Assembly: GCA_036517475.1 (NCBI GenBank)
Contig: DATDVZ010000002.1
Coordinates: 1 to 45,607 of the forward strand
Reading direction: 5' to 3'
DNA length: 45,607 nt
Source of the DNA: Minisyncoccota bacterium
GTDB taxonomy: Bacteria; Patescibacteriota; Minisyncoccia; Phycocordibacterales; Zambryskibacteraceae
Shown piece by piece: positions 45,467 through 45,607 of the stretch. Numbering within the stretch: position 1 is the stretch's first letter; every line of letters begins with the position of its first letter. The notes below the pieces were generated by a model, which saw nothing but the letters and a program-made list of their open reading frames with translations, was not told the DNA's origin and searched no databases. A program made the translations under genes and the position numbers.

Positions 45467-45607
45467 ATGGCAACAGTTGAAATGCCCCAAACCAAACCCT
45501 GTCAGTTTGGTTTGCCTTGGCGAGGAGCTTGCGGAAAGCCAACCGATAATGGTTGGTGTACTGAACATGAACACCTCAAATGTGTCTCATGCGGCAAGCG
45601 CGCTGTG
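45467..45607 (+). CDS. Cys-rich small protein, 5' partial at window edge
   Basis: GGAGGA SD lies 7 nt upstream of ATG 45467. The C-x-C/H-x-H spacing (CQFG...CGKP...CTEHEHLKCVSC) suggests a zinc ribbon. Confidence 0.45.
   Translation, partial: MATVEMPQTKPCQFGLPWRGACGKPTDNGWCTEHEHLKCVSCGKRAV

Noticed and set aside
45182-45574. 130-aa minus-strand ORF at the window end
   Set aside because: It is antisense to the Cys-rich + ORF, which has a strong GGAGGA RBS. The composition is odd and there is no SD.

Overview
This window reads as a low-GC (~35-38%) bacterial contig with compact operons and short intergenic spacers. The gene content looks like a Candidate Phyla Radiation / Patescibacteria-type genome. 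Markers for this include secE-nusG-rplK, rpsF-ssb-rpsR, recA, ftsK, efp, argS, ileS and glyQS. Also typical are an ECF sigma factor with a DUF5667 partner, an lmo0937-family micro-protein, a GxxExxY gene, and large S/T-rich surface proteins. I found no rRNA, tRNA or CRISPR array. The most notable gene is a GC-rich, apparently horizontally acquired Major Vault Protein homolog (41731-44253), which sits next to a eukaryotic-type II PI4-kinase-like protein. IleRS carries an embedded histidine-phosphatase (PGAM/SixA-like) domain. A dispersed heptanucleotide tandem repeat, C(T/C)(A/T)ACAA, is translated in-frame inside ileS and also lies next to glyQS and tatD. Palindromic elements are inserted in-frame, twice, in tatD. 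A ~120-bp inverted-repeat-bounded element that carries a promoter occurs in two copies. A deoxypyrimidine module (Dcd, a tandem-duplicated ThyX, Tmk) is present. A plausible Ile-dependent leader-peptide attenuator precedes ileS. Several long perfect palindromes and ACGAAT-rich intergenic repeat clusters are also present. Three genes shorter than 60 aa (secE, rpsR, lmo0937-family) are absent from the ORF track and were added by hand.
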